Below, piece by piece: positions 63,201 through 64,000 of a stretch of DNA of 64,000 bases. Origin of the DNA: Eledone cirrhosa (taxonomy: Eukaryota); NCBI GenBank assembly GCA_964016885.1, contig CAXHJY010000096.1:806001-870000 (forward strand), read 5' to 3'. How positions within the stretch are numbered: the first letter of the stretch is position 1; the number at the start of each line of letters is the position of its first letter. The notes under the pieces are model-generated. The model searched no databases, was not told where the DNA came from, and worked only from the letters and a program-made list of their open reading frames with translations. A program made the position numbers and the translations under genes.

Positions 63201-64000
63201 AGCCGTCCAAGGGGAGATAATTTTCAGCCGTCCAAGGAGAGGTAATTTCTAGCCGTCCAAGGGGAGATAATTTCCAGCCGTCCAAGGGGAGGTAATTTCC
63301 AGCCGTCCAAGGGGAGATAATTTTTAAAAAAAAATCAGGCGGAGATAATTTGTAAAAAAAATCAAGGGGAGATAATTTGCAGCCGTCCAAGGGGAGATAA
63401 TTTTCAGTCGTCCAAGGAGAGGTAATTTCTAGCCGTCCAAGGGGAGATAATTTCCAGCCGTCCAAGGGGAGATAATTTCCAGCCGTCCAAGGGGAGATAA
63501 TTTTTTTTAAAAAATCAGGCGGAGATAATTTGTAAAAAAAATCAGGGGGAGATAATTTGTAAACAAAATCAGGGGGAGATAATTTGTAAAAAAAAATCAG
63601 GGGGAGATAATTTGTAAAAAAAATTAGGCGTAGATAATTTGTAAAAAAAAATCAGGGGGAGATAATTTGTAAAAAAAAATCAGGGGGAGATAATTTGTTT
63701 AAAAAATCAAGGGGAGATAATTTGCAGCCGTCCAAGGGGAGATAATTTTCAGCCGTCCAAGGAGAGGTAATTTCTAGCCGTTCAAGGGGAGATAATTTCC
63801 AGCCGTCCAAGGGGAGATAATTTCCAGCCGTCCAAGGGGAGATAATTTTTTTTAAAAAATCAGGCGGAGATAATTTGTAAAAAAAAATCAGGGGGAGATA
63901 ATTCGTAAAAAAAAATCAGGGGGAGTTAATTTGTAAAAAAAAATCAGGGGGAGATAATTTGTAAAAAAAATCAAGGGGAGATAATTTCCAGCCGTCCAAG
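50990..64000. repeat. ~13 kb segmental duplication, copy 2 (matches ~12410-25421; probably continues past the window end)
   Basis: Constant offset of 38578-38579 in the ORF track up to the last ORF. The final 40 bases match ~25382-25421. Confidence 0.93.
53370..56420. repeat. Tandem higher-order duplication, period 1517 bp, nested in the 13 kb duplication
   Basis: ORF pairs 53416/54933, 53535/55052, 54189/55706. Confidence 0.92.

Larger units (their letters stand above)
1..64000. repeat. Composite two-monomer tandem satellite array (A: CAGGGGGAGATAATTTGT(A)7-11T; B: CAAGGGGAGATAATTTCCAGCCGTC), single orientation, running off both window edges
   Basis: The core GG(G)GAGATAATTT or a close variant recurs every ~22-30 bp from base 1 to 64000. 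It is followed by either a GT-polyA-T tail or a CCAGCCGTC tail. No unique sequence or inverted monomer was seen. Confidence 0.99.

Noticed and set aside
581-63465. All minus-strand ORFs in the track (60-230 aa; motifs such as LDGWKLSP, GRLEIISPW, TAGNYLP, PPDFFYKLS)
   Set aside because: They are translations of the repeat, overlap in all three minus frames and mostly start at TTG (the reverse complement of the monomer's CAA). Frames shift with A-tract length and the 25-bp unit, and there is no recognisable domain. The + strand is closed by TAA in almost every monomer.
1-64000. CRISPR-like appearance (constant core plus variable intervening sequence)
   Set aside because: The intervening parts are only ~9-14 bp and fall into two recurring classes rather than unique spacers. 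There is no leader and no cas gene.
1-64000. Telomerase-synthesised long telomeric repeat (as in 25-bp budding-yeast repeats)
   Set aside because: It matches no telomere motif I recognise. Kilobase-scale duplications of variant patterns indicate recombinational amplification rather than RNA-templated addition. A subtelomeric location is not excluded.
1-64000. Plasmid or phage iterons, or DnaA boxes (TTATC on the minus strand)
   Set aside because: TTATCTCCC is not the DnaA consensus TTATCCACA. Iteron clusters have few copies next to a rep gene, and no such gene is present.
1-64000. Mobile element remnants (polyA-tailed retroposons, TIRs, LTRs) or intrinsic terminators at the T-runs
   Set aside because: A-tracts are internal to each monomer. 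There is no unique body, target-site duplication, terminal inverted repeat or strong GC hairpin next to the T-runs.
1-64000. Pure sequencing or assembly artefact (concatemer or stutter)
   Set aside because: Hierarchically shared diagnostic variants and copy-specific substitutions fit an evolved array. Local misjoins cannot be excluded without reads.

Overview
The whole 64 kb window is one uninterrupted, head-to-tail tandem-repeat (satellite/minisatellite-type) array with no unique sequence and no credible gene. It is built from two related monomers that share the core GGGGAGATAATTT: type A, CAGGGGGAGATAATTTGT(A)7-11T (26-30 bp, mostly 27-28), and type B, CAAGGGGAGATAATTTCCAGCCGTC (25 bp). That gives roughly 2,400 monomers (64,000 / ~26.5). 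Short runs of A and B alternate and form recurring cassettes marked by diagnostic variant monomers. These cassettes are reshuffled into nested, irregular higher-order duplications with offsets of 831, 1517, 1660, ~5800, ~6494, 7020, ~9552-9661, 12339 and 38579 bp. All monomers point the same way, so the + strand is purine-rich throughout. Every listed ORF is a minus-strand read-through of the repeat and is rejected as a CDS. The organism cannot be determined from the sequence; the architecture resembles eukaryotic heterochromatic, centromeric or subtelomeric satellite (inference). Offsets come from identical ORF-track entries plus spot checks by eye, so block boundaries are approximate (about +/- one or two monomers). 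I found no protein-coding or RNA-gene system; anything novel lies in the array's architecture.
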